Source: Sneathiella sp.
GTDB lineage: Bacteria; Pseudomonadota; Alphaproteobacteria; Sneathiellales; Sneathiellaceae
Length of the DNA: 64,000 nucleotides
Direction of reading: 5' to 3'
Assembly (NCBI RefSeq): GCF_002694385.1
Contig: NZ_NZMB01000018.1
Span: 27,655-91,654, forward strand
In this document: piece after piece, positions 28,439-38,108 of the stretch
Position numbering within the stretch: the stretch's first letter is position 1
Layout: every line of letters starts with the position of its first letter
Translations under genes and position numbers: made by a program
Notes under the pieces: model-generated
Told to the model about the DNA's origin: nothing
The model's input: the letters and a program-made list of their open reading frames with translations, nothing else
The model's database searches: none

Positions 28439-29416
28439 TTATTTCTTCTGGTTAAGCTGCCGCCATTTGCGAACATTGCGGTTATGCTCTTCCAGCGTCC
28501 GGGCGAAAGCGTGGCCGCCCGTGCCATCCGCAACGAAATAGAGAAACTCTGTGTCCTCCGGCTGCAGAACAGCGCGCAGGCTCAACAGCCCAGGATTGGC
28601 AATCGGCCCTTTCGGCAATCCGGCCCTCTGATAAGTGTTATAGTCATTGGCCGCATTCAGATCCGCGCGGCTGATCAGACGGCCCAGATCCTCCTGCCCC
28701 TGCGTCACGCCATAAATTACCGTCGGATCCGATTGCAACATCATGCCGATGCGAAGGCGATTGAGAAAGACCCCGGCCACCAGCGGCCGCTCCGCCGCAA
28801 CGGCGGTTTCCTTTTCAACAATGGAGGCAAGGGTGATCAGCTCCTCCGGCGATTTCAGCTCCGGCGGCAGAGGCGCTTCGGCCAGCACCATCTCGACAGC
28901 GCGCTGCATGGCGGCCTGCATCCGGCCGATCAGCGCATCACGGCTGTCCCCAAGGCGATACTGGTAACTTTCCGGCAGCAGCGACCCTTCCGGCGTGGCG
29001 CGGGTAATTTCTCCCTCCAGCCCCTCCGCCGCGTCGACAAGGGCGCGGATCTCCCGGCTTTGCAGTCCCTCGGGGATGGTGATCAGCCGCTCGATCACCT
29101 TGCCGGAGGCAAAGAGATCCATCAACTCCTGCCCCGAAATGGCCGCAGGAATACGATATTCTCCGGCCTGCAAGCGGCCCGCCTTTCCTTCCAGTCTTAC
29201 ACCAAGAAGAAACGCGTAGTTATTGTTTATAATAGATTTTTCGTGAAGTTCGATCGACAGCGCGCGAAGCCCAGTCCCTTTTTTGAGGACATAGATCGTC
29301 TCTTGCGGATTGGGTCCGGGCGTGGTGAACTGATGCCAGCCGTAGGCGGCGAGCCCGCCCGCAGCAATCAGACAGAGGAAAGCGAGAGCAATCAGGCCAT
29401 AAAGAAATTTCCGCAT
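28439..29416 (-). CDS. mltG: Endolytic murein transglycosylase MltG (YceG-like)
   Basis: 325 aa. N-terminal TM helix, YceG domain with NTYQRAGLPKGPIANPG. Confidence 0.92.
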   Translation of the reverse strand: MRKFLYGLIALAFLCLIAAGGLAAYGWHQFTTPGPNPQETIYVLKKGTGLRALSIELHEKSIINNNYAFLLGVRLEGKAGRLQAGEYRIPAAISGQELMDLFASGKVIERLITIPEGLQSREIRALVDAAEGLEGEITRATPEGSLLPESYQYRLGDSRDALIGRMQAAMQRAVEMVLAEAPLPPELKSPEELITLASIVEKETAVAAERPLVAGVFLNRLRIGMMLQSDPTVIYGVTQGQEDLGRLISRADLNAANDYNTYQRAGLPKGPIANPGLLSLRAVLQPEDTEFLYFVADGTGGHAFARTLEEHNRNVRKWRQLNQKK

Positions 29417-29438
29417 GGCCCCGCCCCCGGCCCGAAGG

Positions 29439-30698
29439 TCAGACGCGTTTCATGACGAGGCTGGCGTTGGTGCCGCCGAAACCGAAGGAGTTGGAAAGAA
29501 CCGCATCCAGCTTCTTTTCCTGCGCCTTATTGGGCACAAGATTGATTTCAAGTCCGTCGGACGGATCATGAAGATTGATTGTCGGCGGCATGATCCCATC
29601 GCGCATGGCGAGGATGGAAAAGATCGCCTCAACCCCGCCTGCGGCGCCGAGCAGATGCCCGATGGCTGACTTGGTGGAAGACATGGCGAGATTCTTCGCA
29701 TTGGCGCCGAACAGCCGCTTCACGGCATTCACCTCGATTTCATCGCCAAGCGGAGTGGAAGTGCCATGGGCGTTCACATAGCCAATATCTTCCGGACGGA
29801 GGCCGGATTTCCGGAGCGCCATCTGCATGGAGCGATAGCCACCGTCGCCATCGCTGGCAGGCGCAGTGATGTGATGGGCATCGCCGGACAGGCCATAACC
29901 GACCACTTCCGCATAGATTTTTGCGCCGCGCTTCTTCGCATGCTCATATTCTTCGAGCACGACAACGCCCGCCCCTTCGCCCATGACGAAGCCGTCACGG
30001 CCCTTGTCATAGGGGCGCGAGGCCGTCTCCGGCGCATCGTGATAGCCCTTGGAGAGCGCCTTGGCAGACGCAAAGCCGGCAATACCGAGGCGGCAGATCG
30101 CCCCTTCCGCCCCGCCCGCAATCATCACATCGGCGTCATCGCAGGTGATCATGCGCGCCGCATCACCAATGGAATGGGCGCCGGTGGAACAGGCGGTAAC
30201 AACCGCGTGGTTCGGCCCCTTATAGCCATGGCGAATGGAAACCTGCCCGGAGACGAGATTGATCAGTGCGCCGGGAATAAAGAACGGACCAATGCGACGG
30301 GGGCCGCGTTCATGCAGGGTTATGGCATTTTCTTCGATTGACGGCAGACCGCCGATGCCGGAGCCGATGGAAATACCGGTGCGGCATTTCTCTTCCTCGG
30401 TTGTCGGCACCCAGCCGCTATCCTTGATCGCCTCTTCCGCGGCGGCAATGCCAAACAGGATGAAGCTGTCGACTTTGCGTTGTTCCTTGGGCTCGAGAAT
30501 GGCGTCGGCAATGAACGCATCTGAAATGGCCGGATCAACCGGCACTTCACAGCCATAACGGACCGGCAGATCGGTCGTATCGATCTTGGTGAGCATCCCC
30601 GCCCCGGATTCGCCATTGATCAGACGTTTCCAGGTCGCTTCCACACCATTTGCCAGCGGGGTCACAAGCCCCAGCCCGGTTACCACCACTCGTCGCAT
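29439..30698 (-). CDS. fabF: Beta-ketoacyl-ACP synthase II
   Basis: 419 aa with ACSTGAHSIGDA (active-site Cys), NAHGTSTPLGD and SNSFGFGGTNASL. Confidence 0.96.
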   Translation of the reverse strand: MRRVVVTGLGLVTPLANGVEATWKRLINGESGAGMLTKIDTTDLPVRYGCEVPVDPAISDAFIADAILEPKEQRKVDSFILFGIAAAEEAIKDSGWVPTTEEEKCRTGISIGSGIGGLPSIEENAITLHERGPRRIGPFFIPGALINLVSGQVSIRHGYKGPNHAVVTACSTGAHSIGDAARMITCDDADVMIAGGAEGAICRLGIAGFASAKALSKGYHDAPETASRPYDKGRDGFVMGEGAGVVVLEEYEHAKKRGAKIYAEVVGYGLSGDAHHITAPASDGDGGYRSMQMALRKSGLRPEDIGYVNAHGTSTPLGDEIEVNAVKRLFGANAKNLAMSSTKSAIGHLLGAAGGVEAIFSILAMRDGIMPPTINLHDPSDGLEINLVPNKAQEKKLDAVLSNSFGFGGTNASLVMKRV

Positions 30699-30755
30699 GA
30701 GTCACCCAATGGTTGTTGCAGTATAAAGAAAACCGGAACCAATGGTCCCGATGGA

Positions 30756-30986
30756 TCAGGCCGCTTCGATATGCGTGATCGCGTCTTTAACTGTCAGAAT
30801 CTTTTCGGCCGCATCATCCGGGATTTCGATGCCGAACTCTTCTTCAAAGGCCATGACAAGCTCAACCGTGTCCAGGCTGTCCGCTCCCAGATCGTCAATA
30901 AAGCTCGCTTCGTCCGTTACCTTGCTTTCATCAACACCGAGATGCTCTACGACGATTTTTTTTACGCGCGCTGCGATATCACTCAT
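30756..30986 (-). CDS. acpP: Acyl carrier protein
   Basis: 76 aa with the phosphopantetheine site [12 protein letters not shown]. Confidence 0.97.
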   Translation of the reverse strand: MSDIAARVKKIVVEHLGVDESKVTDEASFIDDLGADSLDTVELVMAFEEEFGIEIPDDAAEKILTVKDAITHIEAA

Positions 30987-31167
30987 AGCTGTATCCTTAG
31001 AAAATCCGACAGTCCAAAAGTCAATTGCTCTTCCTTACCCTCAAGGTGCCAAAAATTCAAGCACCATCGGAGGGCGTTCAGGTGCGGTTTCCTAACACAC
31101 TTTGTTCCGCTTGCAAAGGAAACCTCGCCCCGCCCGGCATTTTTTGATCATGGGCGGAAACTTGCAC

Positions 31168-31905
31168 TCAGATCATCACCATACCGCCATTGACATGCAG
31201 CGTCTGGCCCGTGATATAGCCTGCCTCGTTCGAAGCCAGATAGACGACAGCGGCGGAGATATCCTCCGGCCGACCTAGGGTACCCGTCGGGACGCCTTTC
31301 AGCATCGCCTCCTTTTGCGCATCCGTCAGGGCGTCGGTCATCGCCGTTTCGATAAAGCCAGGCGCGATACAATTCACTGTGATGCCGCGACTCGCCACCT
31401 CCTGAGCCAGCGATTTTGACATGCCGATCATCCCCGCTTTCGAGGCGGCATAGTTCATCTGGCCGGGATTGCCGGTTACCCCGACGATGGAGGTAATGCC
31501 AATGATGCGGCCGAAACGGCGCTTCATCATCCCGCGCAGCGCATTTCTGGATAACTTGAAAGCCGCTTTCAGATTGACATTCATCACAACGTCCCAGTCG
31601 TCATCCTTCATGCGCATGGCAAGGCCATCGCGGGTCAGACCAGCGTTGTTGACAAGGATATCGAGCTGACCCATGGCGCTCTCCGCCGCTGCAATGAGGC
31701 CATCCACTGCCGCATCGTCGGCAAGGTTGCAGGGCAATACATGCACCCGGTCTTTCAGCTCATCGGCGACCTTTTGCAACGCTTCCTCCCGCGTGCCGGA
31801 GAGGCCGACGGTGGCGCCTGCCTTATGCAGATCGCGGGCGATGGCAGCGCCGATGCCGCCCGATGCGCCGGTGACCAGCGCGCATTTTCCTGTCAGTTCA
31901 AACAT
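31168..31905 (-). CDS. fabG: 3-oxoacyl-ACP reductase
   Basis: 245 aa SDR with TGASGGIGAAIA and YAASKAG, between fabD and acpP. Confidence 0.94.
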   Translation of the reverse strand: MFELTGKCALVTGASGGIGAAIARDLHKAGATVGLSGTREEALQKVADELKDRVHVLPCNLADDAAVDGLIAAAESAMGQLDILVNNAGLTRDGLAMRMKDDDWDVVMNVNLKAAFKLSRNALRGMMKRRFGRIIGITSIVGVTGNPGQMNYAASKAGMIGMSKSLAQEVASRGITVNCIAPGFIETAMTDALTDAQKEAMLKGVPTGTLGRPEDISAAVVYLASNEAGYITGQTLHVNGGMVMI

Positions 31906-31927
31906 CTGTTATCTCTCCCGGATCCTG

Positions 31928-32881
31928 TCAGAGTTTCGCCAGAAAGACGTCGATATCGGCGGGCGCGCCAATGGCCGAGCCGGTCATGTCGCGGTTGATG
32001 CGGCGGACCATGCCGGTCAGGATTTTGCCTGCGCCCAGCTCCACCAGCTCGCTGACCCCTTGTCTGCCCATATAAAGCACACATTCACGCCAGCGGACCC
32101 GGCCCGTCACCTGTTCCACCAGCAGACGGCGGATGCTGTCGGGATCACGGACCTCCTCCGCCGTGACATTGGCGATCAGCGGCACTTTCGGCGGCGCGAT
32201 CATCACGTCCTTCAGCCGCTCCGCCATGACATCGGCGGCGGGCTGCATCAGGGCGCAGTGGAACGGCGCACTGACGGGGAGCAGCATGGCTTTCTTCGCG
32301 CCCTTTTCTTTCGCCACCTCAATGGCCACCTCGACCGCGCCCTTGTGACCGGAGAGAACGACCTGCCCATCCGCATTGTCATTGGCGGCAGCGACAATCT
32401 CACCGTTCGGGGCCTTCGCCATCGCTTCGGCGACAACTTCCTCGACCGGGCCGATATCGAGGCCGAGCAGCGCCGCCATGGCGCCGACGCCGACCGGCAC
32501 CGCCTGCTGCATTGCCTGCCCGCGCGCCTTTAAAAGCCGCGCCGCATCCGCCAGCTCCAGCGCCCCGGCGGCAGTCAGCGCAGAATATTCCCCGAGCGAA
32601 TGTCCCGCCACATACCGGGCGGTTTTCGCAAAATCCATATTGCCGTCCTTTTCCAGAACGCGAACCACCGCCATGCTGACCGCCATCAGGGCGGGCTGCG
32701 CATTTTCGGTGAGTGTCAGCTCCTCGATCGGGCCTTCAAACATCAATTTCGTGAGGTTCTGCGAAAGCGCCTCATCCACCTCCTGGAAGACTTCGCGGGC
32801 GACGGCGTGGGATTGCGCCAGCTCCTGCCCCATACCGACAGCCTGGCTGCCCTGGCCGGGAAAGATAAATGCACGTGTCAT
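31928..32881 (-). CDS. fabD: Malonyl CoA-ACP transacylase
   Basis: FIFPGQGSQ and GHSLGEYSAL motifs. The start is moved from 32932 to the ATG at 32881 (MTRAFIFPG...). Confidence 0.94.
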   Translation of the reverse strand: MTRAFIFPGQGSQAVGMGQELAQSHAVAREVFQEVDEALSQNLTKLMFEGPIEELTLTENAQPALMAVSMAVVRVLEKDGNMDFAKTARYVAGHSLGEYSALTAAGALELADAARLLKARGQAMQQAVPVGVGAMAALLGLDIGPVEEVVAEAMAKAPNGEIVAAANDNADGQVVLSGHKGAVEVAIEVAKEKGAKKAMLLPVSAPFHCALMQPAADVMAERLKDVMIAPPKVPLIANVTAEEVRDPDSIRRLLVEQVTGRVRWRECVLYMGRQGVSELVELGAGKILTGMVRRINRDMTGSAIGAPADIDVFLAKL

Positions 32882-32951
32882 GTTTTCGGGTCCGTATCTG
32901 ATCAAACTACTGTCACAGTCATATTGCAGCAAAATTTCCTGTCAAGCAGAC

Positions 32952-32979
32952 TTGCATCCTTTGGTAAAATCTGTATAGT
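32952..32979 (+). promoter_or_regulatory. Candidate sigma70-type promoter of the rpsF operon
   Basis: TTGCAT (32952-32957), a 16-nt spacer, then TATAGT (32974-32979), about 100 nt upstream of the rpsF ATG. Confidence 0.5.
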
Positions 32980-33000
32980 CCGCCGCCTCGATAACTCCTT

Positions 33001-33048
33001 GCCGACGGAGGTCGGCTAAGTCCGGGCGGTTACCTTGGTAACTCCGGA
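33001..33048 (+). promoter_or_regulatory. Structured rpsF 5' leader (two hairpins), possible S6:S18 autoregulatory element
   Basis: GCCGAC-ggag-GTCGGC (33001-33016) and TCCGG-gc-GGTTAC-cttg-GTAAC-t-CCGGA (33021-33048), between the candidate promoter and the rpsF SD/ATG. Confidence 0.35.
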
Positions 33049-33077
33049 CATTCAAGAGCCATAAGGAGCTTTTAAAG

Positions 33078-33500
33078 ATGCCTCTGTATGAGACAGTTAT
33101 TATTGCGCGTCAGGACATCTCCACCCAGCAGGTGGAAACACTGACCGAAAACATGTCCGCCTTTGTCACCAATGGCGGCGGCACAATTGCCAAGGTTGAA
33201 AACTGGGGCCTGCGCAATCTTGCCTACAAGATCAAGAAAAACCGCAAAGGTCACTACGTCCTTCTCAACATCGACGCGCCCGCGGATGCGGTCAAGGAAA
33301 TGGAACGCAACCTGCGTCTCAATGAAGACGTGCTGCGCCACATGACCATCAAGGTGGAAGAGCTGGAAGAAGGCGACAGCGTCATGCTGCAGAGCCGCAG
33401 CGGCCGCCCTGAACGCCGTCGCGATTACGATGATGACGACAATAACAGCGCGGATAAGTCCGATGATGATTCCGCCGATGACAGTGAAGGGGATGCATAA
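33078..33500 (+). CDS. rpsF: 30S ribosomal protein S6 (with acidic C-terminal tail)
   Basis: [20 protein letters not shown]...[10 protein letters not shown] is typical of S6. The tail is D-rich. Confidence 0.96.
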   Translation: MPLYETVIIARQDISTQQVETLTENMSAFVTNGGGTIAKVENWGLRNLAYKIKKNRKGHYVLLNIDAPADAVKEMERNLRLNEDVLRHMTIKVEELEEGDSVMLQSRSGRPERRRDYDDDDNNSADKSDDDSADDSEGDA

Positions 33501-33736
33501 TGGCTGACGCACAACGCCGCCCGTTTTTCCGCCGTCGCAAGACCTGCCCGTTCACGGGCGAAGGCGCACCGAAGATTGACTATAAAGACGTCAAGCTGCT
33601 GCAGCGCTATGTGTCCGAGCGCGGGAAAATCATGCCAAGCCGGATTACGGCGGTTTCCGCCAAGAAGCAGCGTGAGCTGGCGACCGCCATCAAGCGGGCG
33701 CGCCATCTGGCCCTGCTGCCGTTTCTGGTAAAATAA
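33500..33736 (+). CDS. rpsR: 30S ribosomal protein S18
   Basis: 78 aa. [39 protein letters not shown] overlap with rpsF. Confidence 0.96.
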   Translation: MADAQRRPFFRRRKTCPFTGEGAPKIDYKDVKLLQRYVSERGKIMPSRITAVSAKKQRELATAIKRARHLALLPFLVK

Positions 33737-33776
33737 GAAAGTCCGGAGCCGGTCCTGACCGGCTTTGGAATGTCCG

Positions 33777-34730
33777 ATGGTCAGGGAAATTATCATTGCC
33801 GTCGCCCTTGGTATCCTGAATACCGCCTTTGTCTCGTTGTCCATTCTCGGCAATACGGGCGGGACAAATTTCGGGACGGCGCTGGCGACCCTGGTCTTCT
33901 GGATTTTGTCACTGGTTCCGCTGTTTGTTTCCGGTCTCGGATATGGCGTCAAAAGCGCCGCTATCTCGGTGGGGACATCGGCGGTGATCGCGGCACTGGC
34001 GATTGGCGTTCCCTTTGCCCTGACCTATCTCGGGGTGGCCGGTCTTCCGGTTATCCTGCTGGTGAGGCAGGCGCTGCTATGGCGGCAGGGGAATGGCGTG
34101 ACATACTGGTACCCGGCCGACCGGCTGCTGCTGTGGTGGGCCGGAATCTGCATCATTCTCACCGGGCTGGCGATGGCGCTGCTCGGTTGGGATGATGCAA
34201 TGCGTCAGGGGCTGATCGACGGGTTCGATCAGATGATGGCGCAGGTGGCAGAGATGCAGGACGCCGCGCCGCGCATGACGGGCGAAGCGTTCGTGGCTCT
34301 GATACCGCAATATATGGGCCCGATGTGGGGGCTGTTTATTCTGTTGAGCGGGTGCCTGGCGCAAGGGGTGCTGGTCCGCTTCAAAAAGAATATCCGCCCG
34401 ACGCCGGAGCTGTCGAAAATGGTGCTGCCTCAGTGGCTGGCCATTGCCTTTATCGGCGCGACGGTTTTGAGCGTTCTGCTTGACGGCACTTTCCCCCTGC
34501 TGGGGGCGGTTGAAATCACGCTGGTGACGCTGTTTTTCCTGCAGGGAATGGCTGTCATCCATGTGGTGTCGCATAGATGGAATGCCCGGGCAGCTATCCT
34601 GGGCGTCATTTATGTGGTGACGATTATGATGTTATGGATGGTCCTGCTCATCGCGATTTTGGGACTGATGGAAACTTGGGTCGGGTTCAGGCGCCGCTTC
34701 GCCCCACCCCCCCGCCAGGAGGAAGACTGA
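33777..34730 (+). CDS. DUF2232-type polytopic membrane protein embedded in the rpsF-rpsR-rplI operon
   Basis: About 317 aa with multiple TM helices. It occupies the rpsR-rplI slot, as I recall is typical for alphaproteobacteria. The start is ATG 33777 or TTG 33765. Its stop overlaps the rplI ATG (TGATG). Confidence 0.75.
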   Translation: MVREIIIAVALGILNTAFVSLSILGNTGGTNFGTALATLVFWILSLVPLFVSGLGYGVKSAAISVGTSAVIAALAIGVPFALTYLGVAGLPVILLVRQALLWRQGNGVTYWYPADRLLLWWAGICIILTGLAMALLGWDDAMRQGLIDGFDQMMAQVAEMQDAAPRMTGEAFVALIPQYMGPMWGLFILLSGCLAQGVLVRFKKNIRPTPELSKMVLPQWLAIAFIGATVLSVLLDGTFPLLGAVEITLVTLFFLQGMAVIHVVSHRWNARAAILGVIYVVTIMMLWMVLLIAILGLMETWVGFRRRFAPPPRQEED

Positions 34731-35311
34731 TGGAAGTAGTATTGTTGGAACGGGTTGAAAAACTCGGTCAGATGGGCGACGTCGTAAAGGTCAAGAACGG
34801 CTATGCCCGCAATTACCTGTTGCCGCAGAAGAAGGCGCTCCGCGCCAGCAAGGAAAATTTGGCGGTTTTCGAATCCCAGCGCGCCCAGCTTGAGGCCGAT
34901 AACCTCAGCCGTCGGGACGAGGCTGCAAAAGTCGGCGAAAAGCTCGATGGCGAAGCCGTCGTGCTGATCCGCGCTGCCTCCGATTCCCAGCAGCTTTACG
35001 GCTCCGTCAGCACGCAGGATATCGCCCGTGCCGTGTCCGAGGCCGGTTACACCATCAGCCGAAAGCAGGTGGTTCTGGACAAGGTTCTCAAAACTCTCGG
35101 CCTGCATGACATCAAGGTGCGGTTGCATCCGGAAGTGACGGTCAATGTCACGGTGAATATCGCCCGCTCCAACGAGGAAGCGGAAATTCAGGCGCGCGGC
35201 GAATCTGTCGAGGAAGTCGCCGAAGCCAAACTTGATGCCCGTGACGAAGCCGTGGCCGATGTGTTCGAATCGACCGCCGAAACGGAAGACGAAGACAACG
35301 CACAGTCATAA
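34730..35311 (+). CDS. rplI: 50S ribosomal protein L9
   Basis: The start is moved from 34577 to the ATG at 34730, giving [36 protein letters not shown], the canonical L9 N-terminus. Confidence 0.95.
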   Translation: MEVVLLERVEKLGQMGDVVKVKNGYARNYLLPQKKALRASKENLAVFESQRAQLEADNLSRRDEAAKVGEKLDGEAVVLIRAASDSQQLYGSVSTQDIARAVSEAGYTISRKQVVLDKVLKTLGLHDIKVRLHPEVTVNVTVNIARSNEEAEIQARGESVEEVAEAKLDARDEAVADVFESTAETEDEDNAQS

Positions 35312-35357
35312 TCCGCCGCACGCCCGGACAAGGGCGCAAACGGGTCGCAGGACATGC

Positions 35358-35391
35358 AAAAAACGGCGCATCCGCGGATGCGCCGTTTTTT
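35358..35391. terminator. Rho-independent terminator after rplI
   Basis: aaaaaaCGGCGCATC-cgcg-GATGCGCCGtttttt: a 9-bp GC-rich stem flanked by A and T runs. Confidence 0.85.
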
Positions 35392-35410
35392 ATCCCCGCA
35401 CTTAACAGCC

Positions 35411-35431
35411 TGTGGATAGAATCTGTCCACA
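35411..35431. promoter_or_regulatory. Inverted pair of DnaA-box-like 9-mers upstream of dnaB
   Basis: TGTGGATAG (reverse complement CTATCCACA, 8/9 to TTATCCACA), 3 nt, then CTGTCCACA (7/9). About 65 bp upstream of the dnaB ATG. Confidence 0.35.
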
Positions 35432-35496
35432 GATATCCGCAGCCCTTCCCGACAATGCGATTGGCTATCAAAATTCGCCTATGCTAACATCCGCAC

Positions 35497-36978
35497 ATGG
35501 AAACCCTATCGCTCAGCAACAGTTCCCTTTCCGACGCCGATCAGGATAGTCCCCGCTATCGCAGCGCCCCCCATAATATCGAGGCGGAGCAGGATCTGAT
35601 CGGCGCGATCCTCGTCAATAATGACGCCGGAGCAAAGGTGTCGGGTTTCCTCGCGCCGGAGGATTTTTACGAACCTGTGCATCAGCGCATCTACGGCGCC
35701 GCCATGCTGCTGATAGAGCGCGGCGAGATTGCCGACCCGGTGACGCTGAAGTCCTATTTCGAACGCGATGCGGCGCTTGCTGACATCGGCGGCGCGCAAT
35801 ATCTCGCCCGCCTCGCCGCCGCCGCCACCACCATCATCAACGCGGAGAATTACGGCCGCCTTGTCTATGATCTCGCCATGCGGCGCGAACTGATCCAGCT
35901 TGGCGAGGAAATTGTCAACACCGCCTATGAGGCGGAGCTGGACGAAACCTCGCAAAAGCAGATTGAAAATGCGGAGCAGAAGCTGTTCTCCCTCGCCGAG
36001 AATGGGTCTCATGAAGGGGCGCTGATGCCGGTCCGCCTGGCAGTGGACGAGGCTCTCAAATCCATTGAGGAGGCATTCCAGCGCGATGGCAACATCGTTG
36101 GCGTGACAACGGGCCTCAAGGATATGGATGGCAAGCTCGGCGGGCTGCACAAGTCGGATCTTCTCATCCTCGCCGGACGCCCTTCCATGGGGAAAACGTC
36201 TCTTGCCACCAATATCGCCTATAACGCCGCCAAGGCCTATCACGCCAGTCAAGGCAAGGAGGGCGCGGTCGTCGGCTTCTTCTCCCTCGAAATGTCGGCG
36301 GAGCAGCTTGTCGGGCGTATCCTTGCCGAAGCCACCGAGATCAGCTCTGAAAAGCTGCGCCGCGGCGATCTTTCCGATGATGAATTTGCAACCCGGCTGG
36401 TGCCGCAGAGCGCGCTGCTCTCCGAACTGCCGCTCTTCATTGATGACACCCCTGCCCTCTCCATTGCCGCCATGCGGACCCGGGCAAGACGTCTCAAGCG
36501 CAGCCATGGCCTCGGCCTCATCATCGTCGACTATCTCCAGCTTATGCGCGGCTCGGGGCGCAAGCAGGACAACCGGGTGCAGGAAATCTCGGAAGTGACG
36601 CAGGGCCTTAAGGCCATCGCCAAAGAACTGGATATTCCCGTCATCGCCCTTTCGCAGCTCAGCCGTCAGGTCGAAAACCGCGACGACAAGCGCCCGCAGC
36701 TTTCCGATTTGCGCGAATCCGGCTCCATCGAGCAGGACGCCGACGTGGTTATGTTCGTCTATCGCGAAGGCTATTACGAAGAGCGCAAGGAGCCCGCCGA
36801 AGGCACGCCCGAACATGCCGACTGGCAGGAGCGCATGTCGCGCCTGCATAACCTCGCCGAAGTTATCATCGGCAAACAGCGGCACGGCCCCATCGGCATT
36901 GTGAAGCTGCACTTCAAGCCCGAATTCACCCGCTTCGGCAATTATGTGTCGGACGATTACCTGCCCGAACATCACTGA
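35497..36978 (+). CDS. dnaB: Replicative DNA helicase
   Basis: 493 aa. PHNIEAEQDLIGAIL N-terminal motif, Walker A GRPSMGKTS, and the RecA-like C-terminal domain. Confidence 0.96.
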   Translation: METLSLSNSSLSDADQDSPRYRSAPHNIEAEQDLIGAILVNNDAGAKVSGFLAPEDFYEPVHQRIYGAAMLLIERGEIADPVTLKSYFERDAALADIGGAQYLARLAAAATTIINAENYGRLVYDLAMRRELIQLGEEIVNTAYEAELDETSQKQIENAEQKLFSLAENGSHEGALMPVRLAVDEALKSIEEAFQRDGNIVGVTTGLKDMDGKLGGLHKSDLLILAGRPSMGKTSLATNIAYNAAKAYHASQGKEGAVVGFFSLEMSAEQLVGRILAEATEISSEKLRRGDLSDDEFATRLVPQSALLSELPLFIDDTPALSIAAMRTRARRLKRSHGLGLIIVDYLQLMRGSGRKQDNRVQEISEVTQGLKAIAKELDIPVIALSQLSRQVENRDDKRPQLSDLRESGSIEQDADVVMFVYREGYYEERKEPAEGTPEHADWQERMSRLHNLAEVIIGKQRHGPIGIVKLHFKPEFTRFGNYVSDDYLPEHH

Positions 36979-36989
36979 GCGATGCGGAT

Positions 36990-38105
36990 ATGAACAAACG
37001 GCTGGCCGGGGCGCATCTCACCATCGACCTTGGGGCATTACAGGCAAATTACCGACTGCTAGCGGACAAAGCCGCCCCTGCTGAATGCGCCGCCTCCGTC
37101 AAGGCGGATGCTTATGGCCTCGGGATTGAGGCCGTGGGTCCTGCTCTGTACGCGGCCGGGTGCCGCCGCTTTTTCGTCGCTCTGCCCGATGAGGGAATCA
37201 CGCTGCGCCGCCTGCTGCCGGACGTGATTATCCATATCCTCGCGGGGCCGCTGCCGGAGGCGGAGGAAATTTATCTGGAACACCGGCTGGTGCCGGTTCT
37301 CAACTCGCTCGCAGATATAAATCGCTGGGCTGGCTTCGCCGCCGCAAAGGGGAAGACGCTTGCCGCGCTTTTGCATATTGATACCGGCATGACGCGTCTC
37401 GGCCTGCCGGAAGCGGAGATTCAGGCGCTCGCCGCCGATCCGGCGCCGCTAAAACATCTGCGCATTCATTTTGTCATGAGCCATCTTGCCGCGGCCGATC
37501 AGCCGGAGCATCCGATGAGTGCGGAGCAGCGCAACCGGCTGCTGGCGCTGCGCCGCCTGCTGCCGCCGCCGCTCGATAGCGCGCCACTGTCCCTCGCCAA
37601 TTCCGCCGGGGTGTTCCTCGGCCCGGATTACCATTTCGACATGGTGCGGCCCGGCATTGCGCTCTATGGCGGCAACCCGCAACCGGGCCATCCCAACCCG
37701 ATGCGCGAGGTCGTGCGGCTTAAGGGGCGGATCCTGCAGGTGGCGGACGTTGACAGCGAAATTCCCGTTGGCTATGGTGCCACCTACCGCACCGGCAAAC
37801 CGGCCCGGATTGCTACCGTTTCAGTCGGTTATGCAGATGGTTATCTCCGGGCGCTCGGCAACCGGGCGGAATGTGCGGCGGGCAGTGTCAGGGTACCGGT
37901 AATAGGGCGCGTTTCCATGGATATGATCACCGTTGATGTCAGCAAGGCCCCGGCTGATGCCTGCAAGCCCGGCGATTTCGTCGATCTCATCGGCGGCGCC
38001 ATCCCTCTGGACGAGGTGGCGTCACATGCAGGCACCATATCCTATGAAATCCTCACCTCTCTCGGTCGCCGCTTCCACCGCGACTATGTGACGGCGGCGG
38101 GCTGA
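36990..38105 (+). CDS. alr: Alanine racemase
   Basis: 371 aa with the PLP-lysine motif SVKADAYGLG. Follows dnaB, as in many alphaproteobacteria. Confidence 0.92.
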   Translation: MNKRLAGAHLTIDLGALQANYRLLADKAAPAECAASVKADAYGLGIEAVGPALYAAGCRRFFVALPDEGITLRRLLPDVIIHILAGPLPEAEEIYLEHRLVPVLNSLADINRWAGFAAAKGKTLAALLHIDTGMTRLGLPEAEIQALAADPAPLKHLRIHFVMSHLAAADQPEHPMSAEQRNRLLALRRLLPPPLDSAPLSLANSAGVFLGPDYHFDMVRPGIALYGGNPQPGHPNPMREVVRLKGRILQVADVDSEIPVGYGATYRTGKPARIATVSVGYADGYLRALGNRAECAAGSVRVPVIGRVSMDMITVDVSKAPADACKPGDFVDLIGGAIPLDEVASHAGTISYEILTSLGRRFHRDYVTAAG

Positions 38106-38108
38106 GGC

